Source: Caproiciproducens sp. (lineage in GTDB: Bacteria; Bacillota; Clostridia; Oscillospirales; Acutalibacteraceae). Taken from it: 53,305 nt of DNA. Position numbers and translations under genes: made by a program. Each line of letters starts with the position of its first letter. Position 1 is the stretch's first letter. The notes below the pieces were generated by a model, which saw nothing but the letters and a program-made list of their open reading frames with translations, was not told the origin of the DNA and did no database searches. Below are positions 52,759 to 53,305 of the stretch, in pieces. The DNA lies in contig DATAML010000048.1 of NCBI GenBank assembly GCA_036260545.1, positions 1-53,305 of the forward strand. Reading direction: 5' to 3'.

Positions 52759-53305
52759 CTATTGACCGTAAATTCCTTGCACGGTGACCTCGCCGGAGGA
52801 AACCGGTACGACCGAGCCGTCCTCCAAACGGACAAGAAGCTCTCCATTGGGCGAAATATCCGCAGCAGTTCCGGTAAGCGGTATGCTGTTTCGGCTGAAT
52901 CCGACCTTTCGGTTCAGTGATACGCAGAGTGTCTTGTATTCGTCCAAAAAATCATCCGTATGATTTGTAAGGAGTTTTTCAAATCGAAAAAGGACCTCCT
53001 GCAAAAGCTTTATGCGCAGAACGTTTTCTCTCGTTTCCAGCAGCAGGGACGTGGCTTTCCCTCTTAGTTCTTCCGGAAAGGAGGGAATGTTTACGTTAAT
53101 TCCGATTCCTACTACAATATAATTGACACGGTCGATTTCCGCCGCCATTTCGGTCAGGATCCCGCAGACTTTTTTGCCGCCGACTACTACGTCGTTCGGC
53201 CACTTGATCATCGCCGGGCAGCCGGTCAGCTCCTGAATCGCTTTACAGACAGCAAGTCCCGCCTGCAGGGTTATATTTGTGATATGTTCCGGAATCAGCT
53301 CGGAG
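52759..53305 (-). CDS. birA: Biotin--[acetyl-CoA-carboxylase] ligase, C-terminal part (5' end outside window)
   Basis: IKWPNDVVVGGKKVCGILTE...VVGIGINVN is present. The frame stays open to the window edge (SELIPEHITNITLQAGLAVCKAIQELTGCPAM...). Confidence 0.9.
   Translation of the reverse strand, partial: SELIPEHITNITLQAGLAVCKAIQELTGCPAMIKWPNDVVVGGKKVCGILTEMAAEIDRVNYIVVGIGINVNIPSFPEELRGKATSLLLETRENVLRIKLLQEVLFRFEKLLTNHTDDFLDEYKTLCVSLNRKVGFSRNSIPLTGTAADISPNGELLVRLEDGSVVPVSSGEVTVQGIYGQ

Overview
This is a 53.3 kb chromosomal window from a moderately GC-rich Firmicute. Gene content and Shine-Dalgarno usage look Clostridia-like. Almost all of it is densely packed core and housekeeping sequence. 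I saw no transposase, integrase, CRISPR array or clear prophage.

Main blocks, in order:
1. corA 3' end, and a CIRCE-controlled hsp20.
2. A large nucleoside uptake and catabolism supercluster (about 1.0-12.7 kb): LacI regulator, deoB, deoD, BMP-type ABC importer, deoC, cdd, HAD, pdp.
3. An ABC exporter, cyclophilin, xth and a beta-CASP MBL nuclease.
4. A GGDEF diguanylate cyclase preceded by what reads as a c-di-GMP-I (GEMM-I) riboswitch.
5. An orphan tandem-activase/2-hydroxyacyl-CoA-dehydratase-like pair.
6. A pyrB gene fused to a PyrI zinc domain, with an overlapping iron-sulfur flavoprotein gene.
7. yebC, a PASTA-domain pseudokinase with an N-terminal zinc ribbon, and a bactofilin.
8. rpsF-ssb-rpsR, galU, prfB, a DnaD-like/DnaI pair, and a solo tRNA-Gly(GCC).
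9. A TetR/hydrolase module, typA, an exonuclease, pgeF and a radical-SAM gene.
10. A cell-wall remodelling cluster (NodB deacetylase, amidase-SH3b, VanY) around a small Asn/Ser-repeat protein gene.
11. gltX-glnS and the birA 3' part.

Two genes, the LacI regulator and the radical-SAM enzyme, are each broken by a single extra base in a homopolymer run. That points to assembly error at least as strongly as to real pseudogenes.

I found no single unambiguous novel multi-gene system. The best candidates for follow-up are the riboswitch/DGC feedback unit, the PASTA pseudokinase, the orphan activase-dehydratase pair, the PyrB-PyrI(Zn) fusion and the repeat-bearing small protein. All functional calls rest on motif recognition by eye, because no searches could be run.
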